Part shown: positions 1 to 11,400 of the stretch, one piece after another
Position numbering within the stretch: the first letter of the stretch is position 1
Layout of the letters: every line of letters starts with the position of its first letter
NCBI RefSeq assembly: GCF_046119375.1
Contig: NW_027362769.1
Coordinates: 126,976,001-127,040,000 of the forward strand
DNA from: Phyllobates terribilis
Taxonomy: Eukaryota
Direction: 5' to 3'
DNA: 64,000 nucleotides
The notes under the pieces: model-generated
Seen by the model: the letters and a program-made list of their open reading frames with translations, nothing else
What the model was told of the DNA's origin: nothing
Database searches by the model: none
Position numbers and translations under genes: made by a program

Positions 1-476
1 AAGGTAGCCAGAAGAGTACAGTCAGTTTGGGAGGCCTACAACTCCGCCTGGCCAGGGGAGATCCCATCTGCTCAAGGACTGACCAGGCCCCGTTCACTAG
101 CAAGTACTCCGGGAGGGTCTATCGTTGTTACCAGTAAAGACCCTGAATTACACCGCACCGTCTCTGAGTGGTTCCTGCTACCCCCATCATCCACATCTGC
201 TGCCCTGAGGCCATACCCCTCCCGTTGGGGGTTATACCATCTACGCTGCACCATCCATCCACCGGCCTCAGCGGACTGTCCTGCAGCGGCAGCTCCATAG
301 CTGCATTCAACGGGTGGCGTAGTCGTCCTGCATCTACCGCTGTTACATCGCCGCTCAGTTTGACTCCCTGGGCACGGACCGGGTCACCGCCACGAGACTA
401 CAACCCTCAAGAGATCCGGCTCCGGGTAAGCTCCCGCGTGCGCAACGCAGCGCGACACAGGCCCAGGGGCGCGTCA
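1..476 (+). mobile_element. 3' part of an LTR related to Gypsy family A (truncated by window edge), inserted into the pol of Gypsy family B
   Basis: Collinear and highly similar to 22212-22690 of the family A LTR; ends ...GGGGCGCGTCA at 476 like both family A LTRs; abuts integrase-region sequence directly with no PBS or gag. Confidence 0.85.
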
Positions 477-2060
477 GAAGCGTCTCTCCAAGCAAACCAG
501 CTGTGGAACAAGAGAAGCCGGCTGTTTATCTACCGTGAGAAGCTGTGCCGGAGGTACGTCAATCCAAAAACCCATGAGATGGTATGGCAGATAGTGGTCC
601 CCAAGACAGACATCCAAATGGTGTTGGAGGCCTACCACGATCAGGCTGGGCACTTTGGCTGGAAAAAGCTAGAGACCCTGCTGAAGTGTCGATTCTACTG
701 GGTAGGAATGCGCAGCTCCATCGAGCGGTGGTGCCGGGACTGTGGACCCTGTGGCCTCAGAAGAAAGGACTACAGCAGCCAGAAGGCACCCCTGCAACCC
801 ATCAAGACGACTCGACCCCTGGAGATCGTGGCCCTGGACCATGTCAAGTTGTCACCCAGCTGGTCAGGGTACTCCTACGCACTGACCATGGTGGATCACT
901 ACTCCAGTTTCCTGGTGGTCGCCCCCGTCAAAGACCTGACGGCAGAGACAGCAGCAAAGACGTTCCAGGCGTATTTCTGTAGACCTCATGGATATCCTGA
1001 GCAGGTGTTGACGGACCAAGGCCCGGCCTTTGAGGCTGAGTTGTTCAAGGAGTTCTGCCATCTATACGGGTGTAAGAAGATAAGAACTACACCGTACCAC
1101 CCACAAACCAATGGTCTCTGTGAAAAGATGAACAACATCATCATCGACCTGCTAAAGACCATACCACTTGAGGAGAGAAATCAGTGGCCAGACCTACTAC
1201 CCGACTTAGTGGATCTGTACAACCATATACCAGTAAGTTCCACCAACTCCATTCCGGCATATCTCATGCGAGCAAGACCTGGGAAGCTGCCCATGGATCT
1301 GGAGCTTGGTGTTGTCGAGCCTGAAGCTGATATGACCACTGAGGATTGGGACACGACCAGACAAGAACAATACAGAAGGGTACAAGCCTGTGTCGAGGAC
1401 AGTCTCACTCGGGTGAGGGACAAGCAGGATGCTCAATACAACAGAGGTGCCCAAGCAGAACCTTTCACACCTGGTGAAACAGTATTGAAAAGAAAGAGAA
1501 GAAACCATAAACTTGATGACCAGTGGGAAAAAGAACCCTACACTGTGTTGAATTCAAGATTTGATAATAAAAAGACCTGCATAATTAGTAGAGATGGAGG
1601 AAGGACGACTGCAACAGTGTCCAGGGATCACCTAAAGTTGTGTCCAGATCTACTGAAACCCCAAAAAGAAGTGCCTCTCACCGTACCGGAGGAGCCTAAA
1701 GAAGCAGTGATACACACTGAGTTAGGAGATTTCCCGGCAGATTGGCCCCAACTAGGAGGAGCAGTAATCATCACTGTAATCACCTTCTACCCACAGCAAG
1801 AAGAACCTGTGAGTGCTGCAGAAGAGCCTGATCAAGCAGAATCCCTGGAAGAAGGATCCCCGGTTGGAACAGAGCAAGAAGGCCCAGCCAATGGTATGCT
1901 TGCTAGTCCAGTAGGGAGGTCAATACAGTCATGTAGCCCCTCCACACCTAGTACTGACACATTGGGAGGTAGTGCACCTACTAGTACTTCACGCATCCCG
2001 GTGCTACGCAGATCAACACGTAGCATGCGAGGTCAACCCCCTGACAGGTACAGAGAGTAA
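477..2060 (+). pseudogene. Gypsy (family B) pol 3' portion: integrase, interrupted upstream
   Basis: HHCC zinc finger (YHDQAGHFGW...WCRDCGPC) and D,D35E core (ALDHV / LTDQG / NGLCEKMN); clearly homologous to the integrase in 25788-28217; stop at 2060. Confidence 0.9.
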
Positions 2061-2651
2061 AGTAAAACTCTGAAAATGTAGATAGTTACCCCTGGGGTAT
2101 TATATAGCATTGAATTAAATTGTACTGTAGTATTGTGTGTTTTCATGCATATGTATATTATTTTGTGCTTTGCTTTATTATTGAACAGTTTAAGTTATAT
2201 GGACACTTTCCCTAATGACTTCCTTTATTGTTTACCTAAGAACTGCGTGGCTGAGGACTGTGTGCAGCCCAAAAACTGCTTCTTGTATATAATTGCACTC
2301 CCTGGAGTGCCCCTTCAGGTGACCTCAGAAGGAAAACCTGTCTGGAGTGGCTCTACTGGAGGTCCAACTCGGGATCTTCATGCCCTGAAGCCACCCCAGG
2401 GCCTACGTTGAGGGTTTGGGACAGGTCCCTCAAACCACCAAGTACTCTACCCTGTGAGATGGACATCCTATCTGGGAACCTCACCATAAGAGACTTGAAT
2501 TCTGAGGACGCTTTGTACCTGTTTATGTTATTATGCAACGTTTAAGAAATGTGCCTCCCATAAAGGGAAGAGTTATTGTATTGTTCATGTTTACTATTGT
2601 TGTTTTAAAATATACTTCAGCCCGGGAGGGCTGAGCTTTGCTAGGGGGGAA

Positions 2652-3777
2652 TGTGGAGCCCAGCTATGCTTGGTACCACAGATCCTAGAAGTGTGCATTG
2701 ATGGAATCCTCCACAAGAGGCCCCCATAAACATTCACACATCTCCACCTTCCACCTCATACCAGCAGAGGGAGCCCGTTAGGGATATAAATAGGGAAGGT
2801 GGAGCTAGGCAGCTCAGTTCCTCTGAAGAGTTCCTGCAGTAGAGAAGCTTGAGATAGGTCAGTCTGCAGTGGAGCTCAATCTAGTCTAGAGAACTCAGTT
2901 AATAGTTCAGCAGTGGAGCACGAGGCTCCAGCTAGCTAGATTCAGGGAGCTCAGTTACAGCTTAAGGTGTGCCGGCGCCATAAGATCGGTGAAGCGCGGA
3001 AAGCTGCCGTTAGTGTGTATAGCATAGTTTGGGCCCGAGTAGGTCGAAGGCGAGTGGAGAGTTAGTAACATAGGGGGCAGAGGAGCTTAACTAGCTCACC
3101 CCGAAGAATTTACCGGACACCAGTTCCGAGCTTACCGGGATCTCCAAGACCCAGTAAGGCATAACCGGAATCCCTGGAAGACTACAGGTCCCAGGTTCAC
3201 CAGAGAGCTGATACGTAACAGAGCCAGGAGACACATAGACCCCGTAAGCTGGGAGCTACCACACCGTCAGCCGGTGCAGGACAGAGACAAAGTTAGGCCT
3301 AGCTCCAGGCAGGTCAGAAACTTACTACGCAGAGGCAAGAAGCAGGAGGCCCTACACCCGCTCATTGGGGAGGATCCTGATATGCACCCTTCACCCTACA
3401 GTGCTCCGGGATGTGCCTGAGTTTCCACCAGTAAAAGGTACAGAAGTGACTACCGTGTCCGTCCCTGTTCTTGCTGTGACCCGGCTGGGTTTCGCCTGCC
3501 CTGCATCCCCTGCTCCATACGCTGCCCTGAGGCCTAGCTCCACCTGTGGGGAGCTATACCATCGAGCTGCCTTGTCACCGGCCTCAGTGGACTGCCGCAG
3601 CGCTGGTGATTCTCACTAGAAACCACAGGTGGCGTCACGAACTTTCATAAAATTTACAAACAATCCCCTTTTAAAAGCTGACCCCAGGGTACGGACCCGG
3701 GAGCCGACCACCGCGACATCCCCAAAGGCCAGGCAAAGGCCCGGGTACCGAGTCATCCCCATCGCCTGGGCTAGTCA
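2652..3777 (+). mobile_element. 3' LTR of Gypsy family B
   Basis: PPT AGGGGGGAA (2643-2651) immediately precedes TG at 2652; TATA-like GGATATAAATA and AGTAAA poly(A)-like signal; ends GGGCTAGTCA at 3777 after a U5 tail homologous to family A and C LTR ends. Confidence 0.8.
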
Positions 3778-3789
3778 CTTACTCCCCTT

Positions 3790-6700
3790 CTCTCTGCCAT
3801 CAATAACATAACTACCTGATTGGTGTCACCATTACCTAAAAACGCATTAAATACCAATATTACTGTTATACATAAAGAAGGAAAAGGCCCTGCTCAATGC
3901 TCTAGTTATCGCAAAATCTCTCTACTTAGTGTAGATCTTAAACTTAATACCAGGATCCTGGCAACCAGATTGGCACCTCCGCTCGGAGGCATCATTCACC
4001 ATGACCAGACTGGCTTCATGGCTGGCAAAGAGGCGAGAGATAACACTACCAAAGCCCTGAACCTTATTCCTAGAGCCAAATCAGATGATACCGCTTTGAT
4101 GCTGCACTCCATGGATGTTGAAAAAGTATTTGATAGAGTTAATTGGGTATCATGGAAGAATTACTGAAGATAATTGGATTACAGAGTTCTGTGTTAAAAT
4201 GGATAAGGGTCCCTTTATAATTCACCTACAGCCTGTGTCCGGATAAATGGTTTCTTTTCCAATGGCTTTCCTATTATTATTATTATTTATTTATATAGCG
4301 CCATTGATTCCATGGCGCTGTACATAAGGAGGGGTTACATACCAAATATAGATATCACTTACAGTAAACAAACTAACAATGATAGACTGGTACAGAGGGA
4401 AGGTGACCCTGCCCTTGCGGCCTTACATTCTGCAGGAACGGGGAAGGAGACAGTAGGTTGGGGGTTGCGATAGCTCCGGTGTTGTTGAGGTGGCAGAGGG
4501 CAAGGTCATGGCAGGCTGTAAGCTTGTTTGAAGAAATGGGTTTTCAGGTTCCGTCTGAAGGATCCAAGTGTGGCAGATAATCGGACTGGTTGAGGCACAG
4601 AATTCCAGAGGATGGGGGATATTCGGGAGAAATCTTGGAGGCAATTGGGCGAGGAACGAATAAGTGTGGAGGAGAAAAGTAGGTCTTGGAAGAACCGGGG
4701 ATTACGTAAGGGAATGTATCGGGAGATTAGTTCAGAGATGTATGGAGTAGAGAGGTTATGGATGGCTTCGTAGGTCAGTGTTAGTAGTTTGAACTGGATA
4801 CACTGGGCAATTGGGAACCAGTGAAGGGATTTGCAAAGGGGTTAGCAGAGGAGTAGTGAGGCGAGAGATAGACCAGTCGCGCAGCAGAGTTAAGGATGGA
4901 CTGGAGGGGTGTGAGAGTGTTAGCAGGAAGGCCACAGAGGAGGATGTTGCATTAGTCGAGGCGGGAGATGATGAGGGCATGCACAAGCAGTTTAGTAGAT
5001 TGAGGGTTGAGGAAAGGATGGATTCTGGAAATATTTTTGAGCTGCAGGCGACAGGAGGTGGCGAGGGCTTGGATGTGGGGTTTGGAGGACAGGGCAGAGT
5101 CAAGAGCTACTCCGAGGCAGCGGATTGCCAGTACAGGGGAAAGTGTGATGTCATTTATTGTGATAGAAAGATGAGGTGGAGAAGATATGCGAGATAGGGG
5201 AAAGAAGATGAGTTCAGTTTTGTTGACATTGAGCTTGAGTAAGCGGGAGGAGAAGAAGGAGGATATAGCTGCTAGACATGCTGGGATTCTGGACAGCAGA
5301 GAGGTGACATCTGGGCCAGAGAGGTAGATCTGGGTGTCATCAGCATACAGATGGTACTGGAAGCCATGGGATTTTATGAGCTGTCCCAGGCCAAGGGTAT
5401 AGATTGAGAAGAGTAGGGGTCCTAGTACAGAGCTTTGAGGGACTCCAACAGAGAGGGGGCGGGGTGAGGAGGTCATGTGGTAGTGGGAAAGGATAAATGT
5501 GTGGTTAGAAAGGTATGAGGAGATCCAAGATAGGGCAAGGTCTTTGACGCCGAAGGAAGAGAGGATCTGTAGTAGGAGGCAGTGGTCAACTGTATCGAAA
5601 GCAGAGGACAGGTCAAGAAGAAGGAGTACAGAGAATTGTCTGTTAGCTTTGGCTGTAAGTCATTGGTGATTTTGGTAAGGGCAGTTTCGGTGGAATGGTA
5701 GGGGTGGAAACCGGATTGTCAGCTGTCGAAGAGATAGTTAGATGAGAAGTGGGAGGAAAGTTCAGTGTGAACGTGTTGCTCAAGTAGTTTGGAGGCAAAT
5801 GGGAGCAGCGATATGGGGCAGTGGGAAATGGCACCCGCCAAGGTCGTGCCCTTTGCCCTCTTATCTTTAATCTTACCCTCGAACCCTTCATCTGTCCCAT
5901 TAGAGCTAATCTTGACATTTCGGGTTTAAAGATCCAAGATTAATCATATAAAATCGCTGCTTATGCTGGCAATTTGCTATTTTATTTATATCACTAATAC
6001 GATCATCTGCCTTCCTAATCTAATGTTGGAGTTCAAAAGATATGCATCTTTGAATATTTTAAGATTAATTTATCCGAAGCTCTGAATATCAATCTCCCAA
6101 ATAAGACCGTTTCCTCATTACAACGTACTTTTACATTTTGGTGGTCATCACAGTCTTTAAAATACCTGGGCATTTTCCTCCTTGCAGATCTACACTCCAC
6201 TTTTAGACTTAACTTTTTACCTCTACTCCAGGCTATTAGAGAAGATTGTGCAAAATAGTCTAAACATTTCTTCACTTGGTTTGGGAGATGTGAAATATTC
6301 AAAATAAATACCCTCCCTTGCGTTTTATATCTTCTCCAAACTCTCCCTTTTAAAATCCCTTAATTCTTTTTTAAAATACATTGATTCTCTGCAGATAGGA
6401 TTTATTGGCTTTATTTAGGCAAACAAACCAGCCAGATTACAGATTATACATTTTTTTTGTAGACCTAAAAAAGGGGACGGGTTGGGTCTTCTGGAATTAA
6501 GGGGCTAAAATCTGTCTACCCATGCGTCAAGAGTATTAGATTGGTGTAGACATGCTTCCTTGAAGCTGTGGGTGCAAATAGAGCACAGTTTTTCAGAAGT
6601 CTCTTTATCAGCTTTGTCTTGGCCAGCCAACATTAACTTTCCCTCATTGAAGTCTCATCTTACTATTAGTACCACCTTCCATTGCTGCTCCAATTCAGAG

Positions 6701-7480
6701 ATATGAAAACTTCTCTTACCCATCCCATCACCTCTTTCTCCTATTGTTGGTTCTCTTGAGTTTCCTCCAAGCTTAACAGAGCCATTCTCTTCCAAATTAG
6801 GCTCAATATGTACGTAAAACAACTGCATTTGAAAACATCTTTGTGGGAGAAGGTATAATCCGCCATACATTATCTATTGTCTGTTCCTTGCTTGTTAATC
6901 CAATGGATCAGCCACCTCTTGGATTCTTGCCCCAGTGGGAGGATGATTTGGGCACTTCTTTTACCTGATCAAAGGGTTAAGGTACTGTCCTCCTTGGCTC
7001 AAAAATCTTCAATAAGCTCACACCTTCAAGAATCGAATGATAAAATTTTGTTCCGATGGTATAAGGTTCTAACTAAATAAAATAAAACGTTCCCCTCGAT
7101 CGATCCTGTGTGTTGGAGATGTAGACTTCATGGGGCAATTTTTGCTATATCTTTTGGTCCTACCCAGTTCTACAACCCTTCTCGGCTGATTTTAAAAGCA
7201 TAATTAGGCTAGTCACTGGTTACACTTCAGAGATGGGTCCTAAACTGTTTCTCCTTCAGCTCTGCGAGACTCCTGCTTCCTCCTTTAAACGTCCATTCTT
7301 AAGATTCTTGGTGATGGCTGCCAGAGCCTGCATTCTTCTACTTTCAAAGACAACAAATCCTCCTAATATGTCCCTCTGGATTTCCAAGGACAGTGGCTTA
7401 ATGTATATGGAGGACCTGACGGCTTCTCTTTACAACAGATATGATGCCTTTTGCAAAACATGGTACAAGTGGATTTAGTT
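3790..7480 (+). mobile_element. Degenerate LINE-1 ORF2 (RT and C-terminal zinc knuckle), split by an L2 insertion
   Basis: 3820-4167 encodes RT motifs (YRKISLLSVDLK, HDQTGF, DVEKVFDRVNW); resumes near 5826 with NGTRQG-like sequence; CWRC knuckle near 7105; multiple frameshifts and stops. Confidence 0.8.
4273..5815 (-). mobile_element. L2/CR1-clade LINE 3' fragment
   Basis: ORF 4952-5476: [17 protein letters not shown]...[13 protein letters not shown] (RT); L2-type 3' end with (AAT)n tail at 4273-4295 on the minus strand. Confidence 0.85.
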
Positions 7481-8132
7481 TCAACGCTCCACAGAATATG
7501 GAAACCTAGCGCTCTCAGGCACCTCTCCCTGACTTAACCTCTTAATTGTTATTGATTGGTTGCATATTACAGTCCCCTACCACTCCTTCCCTTCGCTTTG
7601 TTTTTTTCTCCTTCCTCTCTCATCTCTCTCTCTTGCTTCTAATTTTTATTTTAGATTTTTACTCTCCCTAAAAAAGAGAAAATAAGCGAGACTAATCAGT
7701 TTGTTAAAGAACCTCACTTATATTATAAATCCCTCATCATATTTTTGAGGGACAAATGTAGTTCCAATTGCTTGATGCCATATAATGTTACTGAACTCCC
7801 CAGAGTACTATTCAAAGGTGACACATGACTGTAGAAAGGGGGGAACCCTCAACTTCTGGATCTTCTATTATCTATATTTACATTGAGTCCGGTTGTGTGC
7901 CTGGTTTCTTATTACTGTTGGGGGGCAGGAGATTAGGAAAAATATAACTTCTTGTCTCACTGTCTCCTCTTTTTCCTGCCAGAAGAGATGGCAGAAGAAT
8001 TTCCCACCCACCCCTTTGTTTGTTTGACACCCAAAAAATAACGTGTTGTGTTTTCTATTAGGCCATGTAGTTTTGGTTCATGCGCTAATAATGAGGGTCC
8101 ATGCCATATCCAGAAGTGATGTAATATGATGT

Positions 8133-8138
8133 TTTATT
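8133..8138 (-). promoter_or_regulatory. Candidate poly(A) signal (AATAAA) of the MAST-like gene
   Basis: TTTATT on + strand about 275 nt past the stop at 8413. Confidence 0.45.
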
Positions 8139-8412
8139 TCATTGCTGTAAGTGATGGTTGCAATAGTTTTTTAATAATAAAAAATAAAAAAAGGATAGAA
8201 GGATGAGGGCCAGATACCAGGTGATAGTAAAAGTCACATCAGGCGAGCAGTATGAATACCGCGGAGCCTGGTGACAGAGGTGATACATGTCCGGGTAGAG
8301 ATGTAACAGTCTGAAGGCCACAGTTAGTTGGTGAAGGTCCTTCTATACTGGTCCAGCAGTGATGGTGGATCTGCTGGACTTCAGGGCGCTGGATGCGGAG
8401 GTGTCCTGTCTT

Positions 8413-11400
8413 TTAGATGGTTTTAGGGCAACAGTGACAACATGCAAAAGCACGAGCAGCCCTGGATAATCCACGCCGGCAGGATGATAAGATCCGGCGG
8501 AAGATGGAACCTATGAGAAGAGAAGTAAATATAATGTAAGTGATGGGACTCCATATTACATGATGCTACTGTGCGGTCACTGTGGTCGGACGGCAGAGGA
8601 ATCTTATCATCTGGAGGTCAGGGATCATTGTCAGCCATCATACATGTCACAATCACATCACTGACAGATGACATCTGCTCCACATGAATTATTCTCACTG
8701 ACATCACACAACATGGAGCTGATTCTCACACTTACCTCGTCTCTTTTTCCCCTTTTCTACATTTTCTGATTTTTTTTTGCTCTTTACTCAGATTTATTGC
8801 AGATTTTCCTTCTTCCTGAGCTGGAAATTCTGATCAGAAAGTGAAAAAAAACCTCATTAATGATATATTCTTATGGGATCTGCTTTGTATCTTTCCTGTA
8901 TATAGTAAAATTGCTCTAGTCCTGTCTCCTATAGTCCTGGTAATCTGGTATTACATCATAATAGGGCATAATAAGTCCTATATACCACACAAGACCTCAT
9001 CTGAGGGGCATTAGATGTGTCACTAATATAGAGCAGTGAGCTCTTTGTGTGCCGCCATGTGGTGCATCCCTAATGAGCGATATTCTACTATAGGAGATTA
9101 TGTTACATTATGATAACGTAGGTAACTGGATACTACAAAGAAATTGACAGAATCCATGAACAAAAAACTGCTGTACAAAATTAGGGAAATAGGGACACAG
9201 TACGGGTTCATGGTCAACATAATTGGGATCCATGAAACATGGATGACATAGGAGACCTATTGCAGAAAACCATGTGGAAATGTTGGAGCCTTGAAGTCAA
9301 CACTCACATTGTTGGTGCTGTAGACATGTACATACCTAATAATGGGGACGAGGGTGGCAAGATGGTAATATCATCGTCTGTATTAGATACAGGAACCGAT
9401 TCTTCCTCCCTGTTCAGAAAAAGAAAAATGTGTAAATCACAAGTAATCACAGTAAAAAAAGGGGTTGTCTCACAATAAGAACAACGACTAAAAGGTCTAA
9501 TAGGACATATGACTGTCGTGGTGGGGAAGGTCTTCTGCTCCAAACTACCTTTTATAGAGCGAAGTGGAAAATAACTATCAAGAATATCTGGCATGTAATA
9601 CTACATCTCTACTATAGCGTGGGCAGCAGTAAAAAATTCATGACCGGTCACAATTGTGGGCTGTTATCACCAGCAGTTTCTAAAGCCAAAAGCACAATGG
9701 CCGCTAACCATGGGGCAGTGGATGCTGCATTTGATATTATGGTTTTTATGTCCTTTGTTACGTGTTGTGCACATGTATCAGTCTGGAGCTCCCAGTAATG
9801 ACCCCATAATCTACTCACATTTTTGAGGTGTTTGTGTTGGAGGCCGGGGTAAACTCTGGAGGGGACGTGGGATCCTCATCGCTCATCATCCCGGTAGTGT
9901 TGGTACAGAGCTAAATGAGGGCAATAATAAGGTTTGAATTATTTATTTTTCCTTTTAGAGGTCTTTTTTTTTTACATATTTTAGATTTATTGATCACATA
10001 CTTACTTTACAAACCTGTTCAGAAGATGGTGTAATTTTTAGGGAGAAAATGCTCTCATTGTTCTCCCTTGTGCCCTCCTCATCCTCTGAGACCTGATGGT
10101 TGATTTTATCAGAGTGATCTACAAGACATAGGTAATGAAGTATTATTAGAGGTTGTCAGTATAACAAAATCACCATTTATCACTAGATTACTGGATGTTA
10201 CAACATAAATCACAGAATACTATAACAAAAACTCCTGTATAAAATTAGGGAAATAGGGATAGAGTATGGGCCCATGGTCAACATAATTGGGATCCATGAA
10301 TCATTGATAACATAGGAGACCTATTGCAGAAAAACCATGTGGAAATGTTTGAGCCTTAAATTCAACATTCACATTGTTGGTGCTGAAGACATGTACATAC
10401 CTGATAATGGGGACGAGGTTGGCAAGATGGTAATATCATCATCTGAATTAGATACAGGAATAGATTCTTCCTGCCTATTTCAAAGAAGAAAAACGTGTCA
10501 ATCACAAGTAAACGCAGTATAAAAGGGGCTGTCTCACTATAATAACACTGACTATAAGGCCTAATAGGACATATGACTGTCATGGTGGGGAAGGTCTTCT
10601 GCTCAAAACTACCTTTTATAGAGCGGAGCAGAAAACAACCACCAAGAATATCTGGCATTCAATACTACATCTCTCCTACACCGTGGGCAGAATTAAAAAT
10701 GCATGACCGGCCATATTTATGGTCTGTAAGCACCAGCGATTTCTAAAGCCAAAAGCAAAATAGCCGATAATCATGGGGCAGTGAATGCTGCATTTAAAAT
10801 TATGGTATTTATGTCCTATATTTGGTCTGGTATACATCTATCAGCCTAGAGCACCAAGTAATGACCCCTTAATCTACTCACATGTCTGAGATATTTGTGC
10901 TTGATGCTGGGGTAGACTCTGGAGGGGACTTGGCATCCTCATTGTTCATCATCCCGGTTGTGATGGTACAGAGCTAAATGCAGACAACAAGTTATTATTT
11001 TTTTTTTACTTTTAGAGGGGTTATTTCTGAATATCTTGGGTTTATTGATCACATACGTACTTTAGGAAGCCTTTCAGAAGATGATGTGAAATTTAGGAAG
11101 TCAAAGCTCTCACTGTCCTCACTTGTGCCCTCCTTATCCTCTGAGACCAGATGGTTATTTATATCAGAGTGATCTGCAAGACATACGTAATGAAGGATTA
11201 TTAGAGTTTGTCAGTATAATATAGTCACCATTTATCACTAATATTAATGGGAACCAATGATCACATATTGGGGAAGATGAGACAAACAGTCGCTTAGTCT
11301 AGATGACGACTCATTTTACTTACTGATAAGAAAGCTGGTGTCCACGTTTGACTCAAGCTGAGGAATGTATTCCCTCTTCTGACTTAGAATGTTGTCAAAG

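Noticed and set aside
168-2060. 630-aa ORF as a novel fusion protein
   Set aside because: Starts at a GTG inside LTR sequence; it is the chance in-frame junction of an LTR and a Gypsy integrase.
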